NCBI GenBank assembly: GCA_036785375.1
Contig: JAWMAR010000012.1
Location: 4,526,001-4,590,000 of the forward strand
DNA: 64,000 nucleotides
Direction of reading: 5' to 3'
DNA from: Leucoraja ocellata
Lineage: Eukaryota
Shown: positions 63,561 to 64,000 of the stretch, one piece after another
How positions within the stretch are numbered: position 1 is the first letter of the stretch
How the letters are laid out: each line of letters opens with the position of its first letter
Position numbers and translations under genes: made by a program
The notes under the pieces: generated by a model
Databases searched by the model: none
Seen by the model: the letters and a program-made list of their open reading frames with translations, nothing else
Told to the model about the DNA's origin: nothing

Positions 63561-64000
63561 TGGTTCTAGTGTGCAGTTTAATGGCAGACTCTTGGAGGGG
63601 GAAATTTTACCTTCCTGTTTCCCAAACTGTTGTGAGGTTTGCCATTTAACCATACAGAAGATAAAACTGGCCTTACTGCATATAATTAAGAACATAATGT
63701 ATGACTTTAAAACAAGGACTTAATTAAGCCTTATGCCCCCATCTAATTATCTCCAACCTTCTAAAAAAAGAAATACTTAAAAATACCTTCCATGCAGGAT
63801 TCAGTTACCTGTCATTATTAACATACTATTGGGTCGCAGCTGATTTCAGGAGTGAATTCATTAAGTAAATCTTTAAATAAAAGGCAGGAGCAAACAATAA
63901 CAGAGGATGATGGATCAATTTATCTTGATACATATGACCTTGGGAAAATAGATGTTAGTGACCTAAGCCTGTAAAGAAATTGGGTCAAAATGTACATAAA

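Overview
Vertebrate genomic DNA, most likely a cartilaginous fish (skate/ray, inferred from the repeat families). It is AT-rich, mostly intronic or intergenic, and dense in repeats, with two assembly gaps (12507-12686, 17087-17286). The only host gene I can support is the 3' half of a tenomodulin (TNMD; chondromodulin family) gene on the + strand: three phase-compatible GT-AG exons at 34286-34439, 36865-36986 and 46099-46308. The upstream exons were not found. The rest is a nested mobile-element landscape: CR1, Rex1/Babar, L1/Tx1, Penelope, RTE-like and SINE fragments, several TIR DNA elements, and four non-autonomous Helitrons. Main observations: (1) the Helitron family carries a repeated TATA+ETS+splice-donor module and independently expanding minisatellites, and one copy contains a tail-less L1 ORF2 piece; (2) Penelope-derived short elements carry minimal hammerhead ribozyme motifs; (3) two GC-rich non-autonomous retroposons share a covarying hairpin; (4) two near-perfect fold-back hairpins have no evident explanation; (5) the TNMD protein mixes chondromodulin-like and tenomodulin-like features. 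All family assignments come from motif recognition by eye, not database searches. I cannot establish that any of this is previously undescribed.
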